From Trueperaceae bacterium (GTDB lineage: Bacteria > Deinococcota > Deinococci > Deinococcales > Trueperaceae), in contig CBDCDZ010000002.1 in NCBI GenBank assembly GCA_965215565.1, positions 1-49,724 on the forward strand: a stretch of DNA of 49,724 bases, given 5' to 3'. Made by a program: the position numbers and the translations under genes. The notes below the pieces were generated by a model, which was not told where the DNA came from, made no database searches, and worked only from the letters and a program-made list of their open reading frames with translations. This document shows, one piece after another, positions 9,721-19,998 of the stretch (positions within the stretch are counted from its first letter, which is position 1; every line of letters starts with the position of its first letter).

Positions 9721-10670
9721 AGACGCATGTGCTCATCGCCGTCGACGCGCTTAGTGACGAGCAGATGCGGCGCGTCGGGGCGGCGGCAGCGGGATGGGCT
9801 TCGGTCGAACGTATACCTCAAGACGCACCTCTCAAGGTATACAGGGCGGCCTTAAACACTGCGGTGGTCGTCATGGGTTGGCCCAAACCCGAACTGTTGA
9901 CGAGCAGTTCGGTCAGGTACTTTCAGCTCCCCAGCGTTGGTTACGACGCTTACGAAGGCGCGGGTCTTGCCAGCAAGGAGGCCTTCATCCTCTGCAACGC
10001 GCGCGGCGTCATGTCTGTGGCGGTAGCTGAACACGCTTTAGCACTTATGCTTACGCTGACTCGCAAGATTGGCGAGCATAGTCGTGACGCGCAAAGCGAA
10101 GTCTGGCAACGAAGGGAGACCTACGACGAACTTTACGGCCGTACTGTGTGCGTTATCGGTTTGGGAGATATCGGTACCGAAATCGCCTACCGTTGTCGGG
10201 CGCTGGGGATGAGGGTCACCAGGGTTAGATTCACACCCGCAAAAGGTCATTCGGTAGCGGACGTGGTCGTTGGATTGGCAGAGCTTGAACAGGCTGTCGC
10301 AAATGCGGATCACATCATTAACACTTTACCGGTCACAAAGGAAACTGGCGGCCTTTTCTCCGAGCAGGCGTTCTCGGCCATGCGGCGAGGTGCCTATTTT
10401 TATAACCTGGGACGCGGTCAAACCGTTGATGAGGCGGCTCTTGTCGCGGCGCTCGAGTCCGGGCATCTTGCAGGCGCGGGCCTCGACGTGTTTGAAGCAG
10501 AGCCTCTGAAGGCAGATCACCCGCTTTGGCGGCTAAACACCGTCCTCACGCCGCACGTGGCAGGCCGTTCTGTAAAAGAGTTTGACCGGTTAGCCGACCT
10601 TTTCAGCAAAAATCTTACCTTTTTCCGTCAGGGGAAAAGGCTTACCAACGAGGTCTCGCTTGAGGACTGA
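9717..10670 (+). CDS. D-isomer-specific 2-hydroxyacid dehydrogenase
   Basis: IGLGDIG, NLGRG, LDVFEAEPL, TPHVAG. Start placed at the GTG overlapping the upstream TGA. Confidence 0.92.
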   Translation: MKTHVLIAVDALSDEQMRRVGAAAAGWASVERIPQDAPLKVYRAALNTAVVVMGWPKPELLTSSSVRYFQLPSVGYDAYEGAGLASKEAFILCNARGVMSVAVAEHALALMLTLTRKIGEHSRDAQSEVWQRRETYDELYGRTVCVIGLGDIGTEIAYRCRALGMRVTRVRFTPAKGHSVADVVVGLAELEQAVANADHIINTLPVTKETGGLFSEQAFSAMRRGAYFYNLGRGQTVDEAALVAALESGHLAGAGLDVFEAEPLKADHPLWRLNTVLTPHVAGRSVKEFDRLADLFSKNLTFFRQGKRLTNEVSLED

Positions 10671-11007
10671 CGGGAATTTAAGGAGGAGTAAGCATCACAA
10701 CGTTGCGCCAGGCCCACGCTTCTCGAGCGTGGGTGCAGACGAGCTGGCTCTTGACTCAGGTCAGAAGTCATTTTTTAGGTGGAGGCGAAATGGACCTTAG
10801 ACTAGCTTCAGATAGATCAATCGGCATCAACCTTTACGCGCTCTTGGGTAACGCTTGGGCAACTTTAGGGGCTTTCCGTTTAGCGCCACGGGACAGGTCG
10901 GTGAGGTGGTGTGGCAGGATGATCCATCCTCGTCTGGACGTTTTTGAGGGACTTTTTTCTGTCGGGGACGTCGCCCCGAGTTCACCAAGAGAACCCGAAG
11001 TAGCCTT

Positions 11008-12309
11008 GTGACCCTCACCTCAGCTCGCACCGCCTGGTTCACCCATGACCGCTTCGGCCTGTTTATCCACTGGGGCCTCTACGCCTTGCCCGCACGGCAG
11101 AGCGGTAACGGCCTCGCGGAGTGGGTGCGTCATAACGAACGCTTAACCGACGCGCAGTACCGGCGCTTTTTTGACCGTTTTGACCCCGACCTGTACGACC
11201 CCCGAGCCTGGGCGCGCGAGGCGCGCGCAGCAGGCGTGCGCTACGCCGTTCTTACCGCCAAACACCACGACGGTTTTTGTCTTTTCGACTCGGCTCTAAC
11301 TGAGTTCAAAGCCACCAACACCCAGGCAAAGCGAGACCTCGTGCTCGAGTTCGTGGACGCTTTCAGGGCTGAAGGTCTCAAAGTTGGCTTTTACTACTCC
11401 CTGATCGACTGGCATCACCCGGACTTTCCGGTGGACGGGCTGCACCCACAACGCGACGACGAGACGTACCGGCAGGAGAATCAGTCTCGAGACATGCAGG
11501 CCTACGCCGCTTATTTGCACGGCCAGGTGCGCGAACTCCTTACCAACTACGGCGAGATTAGCACCTTATGGTTCGACTTTTCGTACCCCCAGCGTGAGTG
11601 GGGCTGGAGCCAAGGCAAAGGCGCGCAGGACTGGCGTGCGGACGAACTCTTGCGCCTCATACGCGAGTTGCAGCCGGACATCCTCGTTAACAACCGCCTC
11701 GGGATAGATGGGGACTTCGTGACTCCCGAACAGGTTCAGCCGCTGTCATGGCCTGAGGTGGCGGGAGAACGCGCCCTTTGGGAAGGGTGCCAGACCCTGA
11801 ACGGTTCTTGGGGCTATTCACACGCCAATCACGATTGGAAATCAGCAGACCTCCTCGTTCGGCTGTTAATTGACAGCGTATCCAAAGGCGGGAACGTGCT
11901 GCTCAACGTCGGCCCCGACGGGCGCGGGGCGTTGCAGCAAGAGGCTGTCACGCGGCTGCGCGAGGTCGGTGGATGGATGCGCTTACACGACCGTTCGGTT
12001 CGCGGCTGCACACAGAGCGACTTTGTCCCCCCCAGCGACGCGCGCTTTACGCAACGCGGCGCGCGGCTTTACTTGCACCTGTTCGCCTATCCGCTCGCGG
12101 AAGTCCACCTACCGGGCTTGGCTGGTCGTGTGACTTACGCGCACTTCCTTCATGACGCTTCGGAGGTCTTGCTGGTCGAACGGGGAACCGTCTCGGAACA
12201 TGACCACCTCACGACGCCCGTTCCAGCCGGTACCCTGACCCTCAAGCTGCCAGCCCAAGCGCCCGAGGTGCTGGTGCCCGTTATCGAGCTGTTTCTCGAG
12301 GAGCGTTGA
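11008..12309 (+). CDS. Alpha-L-fucosidase (GH29)
   Basis: RFGLFIHWGLY, AEW, LTAKHHDGF, nucleophile region LWFDF, NNR, SWGY, LLNVGPDGRG. Confidence 0.92.
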   Translation: MTLTSARTAWFTHDRFGLFIHWGLYALPARQSGNGLAEWVRHNERLTDAQYRRFFDRFDPDLYDPRAWAREARAAGVRYAVLTAKHHDGFCLFDSALTEFKATNTQAKRDLVLEFVDAFRAEGLKVGFYYSLIDWHHPDFPVDGLHPQRDDETYRQENQSRDMQAYAAYLHGQVRELLTNYGEISTLWFDFSYPQREWGWSQGKGAQDWRADELLRLIRELQPDILVNNRLGIDGDFVTPEQVQPLSWPEVAGERALWEGCQTLNGSWGYSHANHDWKSADLLVRLLIDSVSKGGNVLLNVGPDGRGALQQEAVTRLREVGGWMRLHDRSVRGCTQSDFVPPSDARFTQRGARLYLHLFAYPLAEVHLPGLAGRVTYAHFLHDASEVLLVERGTVSEHDHLTTPVPAGTLTLKLPAQAPEVLVPVIELFLEER

Positions 12310-12514
12310 TGGAAAGTATCTTAAAGCCTCCGTACACGAACGAGACCGGGATTGTACAAGCGTTGAGCTTCGCCAGCAGGGACAGACTGTTTTCCAAGAT
12401 GTCTCAGTGTGAGGAGGTAACACCTTGAACTCGCTTAGTGTCCGGTGCGGGGCAAATAAAACTGTCGGCGTGCTGTCGTCCTGCGCCCGACTGTCCTGCA
12501 CACAGGGACCTCAT

Positions 12515-13783
12515 ATGCCTTCGAAGCGACGTCCGCTCGAGTTCTCAAACCCTGCGGTGGAGGCTCTGGAGTCGTGCCCCCCAGCTCTAAAAGAACCTTT
12601 AAGATGTGTTGTCATCGGCGTCGGCGCGAGCGTGCTGGGAATGCACCGTCCGGCGCTCGAGTCGGGCCTGGTGAACCTGGTCGGCGCTTCCGATCTCGAC
12701 GTCCAAAAAGGGAGGGAGCGCGCCGCCGAGCTGAGCTGCCCTTTTTTTGCCGACCATCACGACATGCTCCAACGGACCGAAGCCGAGGTCGCGGTGGTGC
12801 TCACGCTGCACCCTTTTCACGCCGACGTCGCCGTGGGCTGTCTCGAGGCCGGGTGCCACGTGCTTGTGGAGAAGCCGATGGCGGTTCACGCCGGAGAAGC
12901 CGACACGATGATCAGAGCCGCGAAGAGCGCTGGCCGCCTGCTCGCGGTGAACTTCCAGCACCGCCACCGCCCCGAAGTGCGCGCCTTCCGTAAGCTCATC
13001 CGCGACGGCGAGGTGGGCAGGGTGCAACACGTGGACATGACGATGGCCTGGCCGCGCCGACGCACCTACTACCGAAACGCGCCCTGGCGTGGCACGTGGG
13101 CGGGCGAAGGGGGCGGTGTTTCGATGAACCAAGCCCCCCACCATCTGGACCTGCTGTGTCACCTGCTCGGATTGCCCAGTAGAGTCGTCGCTTGGGCGCG
13201 CACTACGTTGCACCAGATCGAAACGGAAGACACCATCCAGGCGATGCTCGAGTGGCCTGACGGGGGGCTCGGCTCCTTGCATATCAGCACCGCCGAAGCG
13301 GGCCGCCCCGAACGGCTTGAACTCGTCGGCACCAAGGGCGTAGTGCAGCATGGTGGCGGCAGGCTGAATTTTGAGAGGTTCCCTCAAGACTTGGAGGGCT
13401 TTCTGGCCGAAGACGCCGACCCCTCCGCCGAGCCCGCGCTCGAGCCTGCGGCCGTCAATCTCGGCGAGGGAGTCGGCGATCATCTGGCGGTTTACTGTAA
13501 CCTTTATGACGCCGTCCGCGCGGACACGCCCCTCGTCTGCGACGGCGCAGAGGGGCGCATGTCGTTGGAGTCGGCGAACGCGCTGCTGCTCTCGAGCCAC
13601 CTCCAGCGCGAGGTAGCTCTGCCTCTGGACCGCGCCGCTTACGCACACTTTTTAAATGACCGCAAGTCGGTCCCGTCTGATGGAGCGTTGACGGCGGCGC
13701 CCGAGCAGGCGCTCCTCGGGCGCGTGAACCCGGTGGACGCGCTTAAAGTCCCCGAGGAGAACGCTGGGGAAGAGATTGTATGA
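12515..13783 (+). CDS. Gfo/Idh/MocA family oxidoreductase
   Basis: HVLVEKPMA, NFQHR, WRGTWAGEGGG, NQAPHHLD. Start codon uncertain (ATG 12515 chosen). Confidence 0.88.
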   Translation: MPSKRRPLEFSNPAVEALESCPPALKEPLRCVVIGVGASVLGMHRPALESGLVNLVGASDLDVQKGRERAAELSCPFFADHHDMLQRTEAEVAVVLTLHPFHADVAVGCLEAGCHVLVEKPMAVHAGEADTMIRAAKSAGRLLAVNFQHRHRPEVRAFRKLIRDGEVGRVQHVDMTMAWPRRRTYYRNAPWRGTWAGEGGGVSMNQAPHHLDLLCHLLGLPSRVVAWARTTLHQIETEDTIQAMLEWPDGGLGSLHISTAEAGRPERLELVGTKGVVQHGGGRLNFERFPQDLEGFLAEDADPSAEPALEPAAVNLGEGVGDHLAVYCNLYDAVRADTPLVCDGAEGRMSLESANALLLSSHLQREVALPLDRAAYAHFLNDRKSVPSDGALTAAPEQALLGRVNPVDALKVPEENAGEEIV

Positions 13784-14853
13784 CGCGTGACGGCATGACC
13801 TACGCGCCACGTGGCAAACCGCAGCCGGTAGTTGCCCCCGGCGACTTCGCGTTCGCCGCGACCGCGCTCGAGCATGGTCACATCTACGGGATGTGTAACG
13901 GCCTCACCCAGGCGGGGGCAGAACTCCGCTGGGTTTATGACCCCGACCCCGCCAAGGTCGAAGCTTTTTGTGGGCGCTTTCCCGGCGTCCGCGTTGCCCG
14001 CGCTTTGGACGACATTCTAGCCGACCCGGTCGTGCATCTGGTCGCCGCCGCTGCCGTGCCTAACCGGCGCGGCTCCTTGGGCCTGACGGTTATGGCGGCG
14101 GGCAAGGACTACTTCACCGATAAAACGCCCTTTACGACGCTCGAACAGCTCGACGCCGCGCGCCGCGCGGTTAAAGAAACAGGCCGAAAGTATCTCGTCT
14201 ACTACAGCGAGCGCTTGCACTCTGAATGCGCAGTTTTCGCGGGCGACCTGATCCAGCAGGGCACTATTGGACGGGTCGTTCAGGTTCTTGGCCTCGGACC
14301 GCACCGGCTGAACGCCCCAGCGAGACCCGCGTGGTTTTTTGAACGGGAGAGGTACGGCGGCATCTTGTGCGACATCGGCAGCCACCAGATTAAACAGTTC
14401 TTGTTCTATACCGGCGCGGCGGACGCAAAGGTAGTGAGCGCGCGGGTCGCAAACTTCAACAATCCCGAGACGCCTGAGCTAGAAGACTTTGGCGAGGCAT
14501 CTTTAAAGGCTGACACCGGGGCTTCAGGCTACTTCCGCGTGGACTGGCTCACCCCAAATGGGCTCTCGACCTAGGGCGACGGGCGCACCTTTATTTTGGG
14601 CACAAGGGGGTACCTCGAGCTGCGTAAGTATGTGGACGTGGCGCGGAAAACCACAGGCGATCACCTCTACCTAGTCGATGAAGCGGGCGAGCGGCACTTA
14701 GAGCTTTTGGGTAGGGTCGGTTATCCGTTCTTTGGGCGGCTCATCTTGGACTGCCTGAACCGAACCGAGCAGGCGATGACCCAAAAGCACGCGTTTAAGG
14801 CGGCGGAGTTGTGTTTGAAAGCGCAAGCCCTGTCAGGGCTTGGCTCCTATTGA
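13780..14853 (+). pseudogene. Gfo/Idh/MocA oxidoreductase with an in-frame nonsense codon
   Basis: FTDKTP and DIGSHQ. Reading through TAG at 14572-14574 gives VDWLTPNGLST*GDGRTFILGTRGYLELRKY, where the family motif is TWGDGR (TGG>TAG). Confidence 0.88.
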
Positions 14854-14863
14854 TTTTTCTGTG

Positions 14864-15170
14864 TTTTTAAACGTCGAGCAGTGGGCACCGTCTGACGTCA
14901 AGCGTATCTATCTATGCCACCGTTGGCAATCTTTACATGCACAGCTCGTATGACGCGCTCCTTTTCAGCCTCGCCTACTCCAGATGGGAGGTCGTCTTCC
15001 AGCTCGAGTACGCTGCCTACTTAGATTTAATTGAACCCTGGTGGAAGACACTGCGTTCTCTAGCGCTTAAAGGCAGGCCTTCGAAGTCTGGATAAGGATG
15101 CCCAAACCCGTCAAGCGCGGTACAGACTACTGGAATGAGCGCAAGTACCCATAGTAGGAGAAGCCGCCGC
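14864..15170 (+). mobile_element. Degraded IS630-family transposase C-terminal remnant
   Basis: Translates with frameshifts as ...GNLYMHSSYDALLFSLAYSRWEVVFQLEYAAYLDLIEPWWKTLRSLALKGR...TDYWNERKYP, resembling the IS630 D..N / P.Y...LN.IE motifs. Confidence 0.7.
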
Positions 15171-15410
15171 ACCCCGTGCAAGTATGGCGTTGCTACCCCA
15201 CCTATTACTGAGCGCTTTTTAGTGGACGAACCATTCTGCAACAGACGCGTGCGTCTGTTGCGTAGTGGATCGTCTGCTAAATTCAGCGCAAGCTTGGAAG
15301 CTAACCCCTCGCGTTATTGCGACAAACGTCAAGCTTTGCGAGTTGTGACGGACTCGCCAGACAAACCAAGTAGCGAAGATGCTACCTTGTCTGTTAGATA
15401 GTCGAGCCCA

Positions 15411-16176
15411 TCAACACCCTCGCGTTTTTGCGCTCTGCGCGATACCCACGAGCGTCTCCATGACCTGCCGGTAGGGTCGCGGTCCGTGGCTGACTCTCGC
15501 TACTCCCAAGGTCGCTAATTCCTTGGTGGTAGGCGTGTCGTCCGTCAGCATGACGTTAACGGGACGAGGTGACTGCTCACAGAGCGTGCGGATCGCCTTG
15601 GGGTCGCGTAATCCGGGCGCGAAGAAGCCGTCCGCGCCCGCTCCTGCGTAAGCCTTCGAACGCTCCACCGCTTCAGCCAAGTGCTCGTCGCCATGAGCTT
15701 TCGGGTCTACTTGCAGATAGACGTCAGTCCGAGCGTTGATGAATAGCGGGATGGTCCGCCGCGTCACGCGCCGCCCTGATGCGCCTACACTGCTCTCCAA
15801 CACTGTAGCGCCCCTTGCCGCCGATGACCTGGTCCTCGAGGTTGACGCCAACTGCGCCCACCTCGAGCACCTTTTTGACCGTTTCGGCCACCTTACGAGG
15901 GCTTTTGCCGTAGCCCCCTTCGATGTCGGCGGACACGGGCAGCGCGACGCTCTTGACGACGCGCGCTAAGTTGGCGAGCATCAGGTCGAGGGGCAACTGC
16001 TCCCCGTCCTCGAAGCCGTGCGCCGCCGCCACCGACCAGCTCCCCGTGGCGACCGCTCTCGCGCCGCCTTGCGCCAGCACCCTGGCGCTGCCCGCGTCCC
16101 AAACGTTCACAAGGACGAGCGGCTCGCCCTTAACGTGAAGGCGGGCGAAGTGCCCCGCTTGTTCTCGCTGATTCAT
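15411..16176 (-). pseudogene. Isocitrate lyase/PEP mutase family protein, frameshifted
   Basis: NVWDAGSA, SADIEGGYG and GVNLED are in one frame; IPLFINARTD and AGADGFFAPG are in another. The shift is near 15750. Confidence 0.85.
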
Positions 16177-17236
16177 GCGTGTCTCCTTTCGTGTTCGAGC
16201 AACCACCGCTTACGCGCCGCGCCGCCGTAGCCGCCTGCTGACCGTCACTGTTGACGACCCGGTGACAGGGGACGACGAGCGCAAAGGGGTTCGCGCCTTT
16301 CGCTTGCGCGACCGCCCCTACTGCTCCGGACTTGCCCAAAGCACAGGCGAGCTCGGCGTAGCCACGAGTCTCGCCCAGGGGGATGATCTGAAGTACCTGC
16401 CAGACCGAGCGCTGGAAGGGTGTTCCTTGGCAAGCGAGCGGGGTGGTGAAGTGCTGTAGTGTCCCCGCGAAGTAAGCGTTTAGTTCCTGTTCGATTTTGG
16501 CAGTTATCTCCGCACGTCCAGGGACGACAGCCGCGCTGAGCTTCTGGCGCAGCCGCTCGACCTCGCGCTCGAGCCCGCGCCGGTCAGTGAACTCGAGGAG
16601 GTAGAGCTTGTTGTCGCTCGTGACAGCGAGTATCGGTCCTAAGGGCGTGTCGAGCCAGGAGGCTTTAAGCACGGTGAGTTCGGCCTTCGTCGGCGGGCTG
16701 CCCATGATTTTGGCAAAGGCGTCCCTGAAGCCGCTGCCAGAGTCATACCCGGCGCCGAGCTGCGCCCCAATAACTGATTCGCCGTTGCGAATTTGCTTCA
16801 TGGCAAGTCCCATACGCCTCGCCCGCGCATAGGCGACGAAGGTCATGCCGAAGCGCTTCTTGAACTGTCGTCTAGCCGTTGATACATCCACCTCTAACGC
16901 CCGGAAGTCTTGCCCGGTCCAGCGCTTGGCGGGGTCGGCTTCCACCGCTTCGACTAGGCGACGAACGAGGTCACTGACCTGACTGGGGTGGGACAGGGGA
17001 CGGCAGCGCTTGCAGGGGCGGTAAGAGGCGAGGAGCGCAGCTTGCGCGCTAGCGAAGAACTCACAGTTCTCGAGCCTGGGCTTTCTCGCTGGACAAGTCG
17101 GGCGGCAGAAGACGCCGGTCGTCCTGACGCCGACGAAGAACACCCCGTCGTACCGGCTGTCCTTGGCGAGTAAAGCTTGGTAATAGGTCTCGTTCGTTTC
17201 TACACTAAAAGTGTTGTGGGTCTGGCTCGTTAACAC
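16173..17236 (-). pseudogene. ada: Bifunctional Ada transcriptional activator / O6-methylguanine methyltransferase with a frameshift near the 3' end
   Basis: Zn site FCRPTC...RPCKRC, AraC-type HTH, and the PCHRV active site. A frameshift at about 16236 hides GGYGG..RKRWLLEHE, whose TGA overlaps the next ATG. Start uncertain. Confidence 0.85.
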
Positions 17237-17669
17237 TAGGTCTAAAGTGTAGCGCCCTTCACATGAGGTCGCCGCCGAATTCCGGGCGTCGATTTTTGGC
17301 CTCGAGCCGCTCAACTTCCGTAGCTCGGCACTGCTCGACCTCGTTTTGCTTCTGCAACGGTTGCGCGCGACAGTTACAGAAAGATTTGTAGGCTATTGCT
17401 CCGCCTCTGGGTTGAGGGCAGAAGCAAAAGCGCTTAAGCAACCTGGCCCATCTTATAAACTTGCCATCAACTTCTTTACCCTTTAACGTCAGAAAAAGCA
17501 ACTTAGCCATACAAGGGGTGTGGACTTTGGTGGATGAGCCAAACTGAAGGGTACGTGAGCATAAGCTGTTAACGTCTCCCGCCTTAGTTGAGTAGGGTGC
17601 TAGAGTTGGCGCTGTGCGGGTTCGCTGTGGCGGCTTCCAACCTTGACTGAGACGTTCTCGGGGTGCGTC

Positions 17670-18226
17670 ATGATGCGCCCCTACCACTCGAGCGACCTGC
17701 CTGCCGTTCTCACATTCGTGGGAGAATGCCTCCGCCATGACAAACTCAAGAACCATAATCCGGGTGACGTCGTCCACTGGATGATCAACAGACAGCGTGG
17801 CGCGGACCTGGACGAACATTTCTGGCTCTTTGAAGAGGACGGCGAACTCCTCGCCTTTGCCGAGTTGCCGCCAGCGAAATGGGCGAGCTTTTCGCTCATC
17901 GTCCGCCCCGACCACCGCGGCGGAGACTCAGAGACGGCGCTCCTCAGCGAATGAAAATCGGTGATGAGAAAACGGATGCGCGAGGAGCGCCCCGGTAAAA
18001 CGGCGCTTTCTGTCAACGTGGTGACGTCGGACGAGGTCCGTAAAAGGTGCTTATCGGGGCTCGGCTACCAAGCCGAAGCGTCGACAACGGTGGTCGACAT
18101 GAGGACGCTCGGCGGCCCCCTACCCGCGCCACCCTTGGCGACCGGCTTTAAGCTCCGCGCCGCGAGGAAAACAGAAGCCGCCCCACTGGCGGAGGTCCAC
18201 GCCAGCGCGTTCGGCTCGAGCTGGAC
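17670..18226 (+). pseudogene. GNAT-family acetyltransferase-like remnant (internal stop, 3' truncated)
   Basis: ORFs 17643-17954 and 17961-18248 are in the same frame, separated by TGA. Motifs LSGLGY and FKLRAA...LAEVHASAFGSSW, after which similarity ends. Confidence 0.55.
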
Positions 18227-18343
18227 TTTGACGACGCGGTGGACATGATCGCTGAGGGAGCTATTCAAGACGCCAAAACGATCATGTTGTTGCAGTACGC
18301 AGCCTTGAAGCTATTTTCAAGACGTGCGAACCAAAGGAGCTAA
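18215..18343 (+). pseudogene. nudK: C-terminal remnant of a NudK-like (GDP-mannose pyrophosphatase) Nudix hydrolase
   Basis: Translates LELDFDDAVDMIAEGAIQDAKTIMLLQYAAL, the NudK-type C-terminus. It sits directly before a DUF4406-like gene, a common neighbour. Confidence 0.7.
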
Positions 18344-18348
18344 AGAGG

Positions 18349-18714
18349 ATGGAAAGCATGATGATCTTGGTAGCGGGACCCTACCGCAGTGGAACGGGTG
18401 ACGACCCGAAAAAGATGGCTGACAACCTGCGGAGGCTCGAGGAGGTGGCTTTGCCCCTGTTCAGGGCGGGACACCTTCCTGTCATCGGGGAATGGCTAGC
18501 GTTACCCTTGCTCGCGGTGGCAGGGTCAAAAAGCGTGGGAGACTCACGTTACGACGAGATTGTTTATCCGACCGCTCACAGACTGCTCGCACGATGCGAC
18601 GCCATTTTACGTCTACCGGGGGAGTCAAAGGGGGCTGACGAAGATGTGCGCCTTGCAAACGAGCGCGGCTTAGCTGTTTATCACCGGCTTGAGGAGGTAC
18701 CAGGGTGCGGTTAG
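18349..18714 (+). CDS. DUF4406-like / nucleoside deoxyribosyltransferase-fold protein
   Basis: ILVAGPYRSG, GHLPVIGEW, CDAILRLPGESKGADED. Confidence 0.75.
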   Translation: MESMMILVAGPYRSGTGDDPKKMADNLRRLEEVALPLFRAGHLPVIGEWLALPLLAVAGSKSVGDSRYDEIVYPTAHRLLARCDAILRLPGESKGADEDVRLANERGLAVYHRLEEVPGCG

Positions 18715-18899
18715 AGAACGGGTCAGGCCTCTGTAGCCGGTAAACTGTGATTCTCTATGGTGACTTATATAGACGGTCCATCTTAAGCACATCGCGCCAG
18801 TCCTTCCGCCTCTTCTACAGTAAGGTACGTCCTAAACCGGAGAAAACCTCAAAGGCTCTAGCAGATATAAGGGCGGCAGGCCCGCCCCTAACTTCTGTT

Positions 18900-18935
18900 C
18901 GCTCGTCTAACGGAGGCGCCTCCGTTAGACGAGCG
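18900..18935. repeat. Perfect 36-bp loopless palindrome
   Basis: CGCTCGTCTAACGGAGGC|GCCTCCGTTAGACGAGCG, checked base by base. Confidence 0.95.
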
Positions 18936-19895
18936 CCTCGAGTTCAAGCGCGACCTCGAGCCCCTCGAGCGGGCCGAGGTCGAGCGACAAGAGCGTTAGG
19001 TCGTCCAGAGCGAGCGCGCCCAGGGAGAGCGTAAGCCCTTCAACAAAGCCCAAATCCTGCGACCCCTCGCCGCCCCCTCGCGCCTCGAGCCGCCCCACCA
19101 CCTCCAGGCCGAGCTCTCGCGCTGTAAAGCTGTTGATGACCGAGCCGCCCGCGCCCGTGTCGATAAGGATGTTTAAGGAGCGCGAGTCGTTAACGCGGCC
19201 CTCGATGTAGATATGGTTCGACGAAAGTTCAAAGGGTAAAGAGACGCTGGCCCCGGCGAGCAGGGGCGCGGTGGTGCGGGCCGGTTCTGTAAAGAGCACC
19301 TCGTCAAAGGTCTCGTTCAGGCGCACCTCCTGAAGCTCGAGCACCACGTCGTACCTGGCCTCACCCGTGCTCTGCCGCGTCTCGAACGGGAACATGACCC
19401 CCTCCACCTGCCGCCAGTCGGCGAAGCTCAGGGTCTGGACCCGGTCGTTCTCGACCTCTTCTTGCTTGGCGGGTAAGAACGTGTCCGCGTCTAAAAAGAT
19501 TCTGGCGGTGCGCCCACCCTCGGGCCTCACCTCGATGAGGTGAAACCCGTCTTGTTCGCCCACATAATCCACGCTCCCCGGCAGCCGGTCTCCGAAGAGG
19601 TGGGAGAAGGAGCCTAAGTAAGCCAGCGTCCGTTCGACCTCAAGCTCGTGCGCGGCAAGCTCACGCACGGCGCCGCTCCGGTCTTTCTGCCAACCCACAC
19701 GGCCGTCGAAAACGGTCGTCACGCCGTAGACGTTGCCGAGCTCAAATTCTGACCGGCGCTCGCCGCTCACGCGCTGCCACTCTGCGGAGCGGCCCTCCAT
19801 GCCGCCCGGACGGACATGCGCTGGTACATCGTGCGCAGTCTGGACAGATCGCCGAGCGCCCCCTGCCACCTTTGGAGCACCTCGGGTACGGTCAC
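18925..19895 (-). pseudogene. Retropepsin-like aspartyl protease with an N-terminal LolA/DUF4292-like domain; frameshifted and probably internally deleted
   Basis: RBS GGAGG and GTG at 19895 (MTVPEVLQRW...), frameshift near 19805, FADWRQVEGVMFPF, catalytic LIDTGA. Ends abruptly at GPLEGLE|VALELEALV without the GILG motif. Confidence 0.7.
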
Positions 19896-19969
19896 GACGC
19901 CTCCAGGCGGTTCGTACCGAGAAGACGCCGACGCTCGAGCCTCTGTGAAGATGCGGAGAGAGTAGTCAT
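19892..19969 (-). pseudogene. 25-codon scar of a leaderless gene divergent from the HTH regulator
   Basis: TAATCT -10 box 6 nt before the ATG. Reads MTTLSASSQRLE|RRRLLGTNRLEAS*, with the TGA overlapping the next GTG and a CTCGAG in the middle. Confidence 0.45.
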
Positions 19970-19998
19970 AAGGGTAGATTAGACGTAAGCTATTGCAA

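Noticed and set aside
10680..11011. Strong RBS (AAGGAGG) followed by ATC and a 102-aa ORF
   Set aside because: Could be another dead gene, but the translation is not recognisably protein-like, so it is not called.
12599..13648. 349-aa minus-strand ORF
   Set aside because: Antisense shadow of the Gfo/Idh/MocA gene in GC-rich DNA, with no family motifs.
14572..14574. TAG as a recoded codon (pyrrolysine or stop reassignment)
   Set aside because: TAG terminates intact genes here (e.g. 5374, 40399, 41305), other lesions are TAA, TGA or frameshifts, and the position is a conserved Trp. A simple nonsense mutation explains it.
17259..17915. 218-aa minus-strand ORF
   Set aside because: Overlaps the GNAT remnant antisense and crosses an intergenic region; no RBS or recognisable motif.
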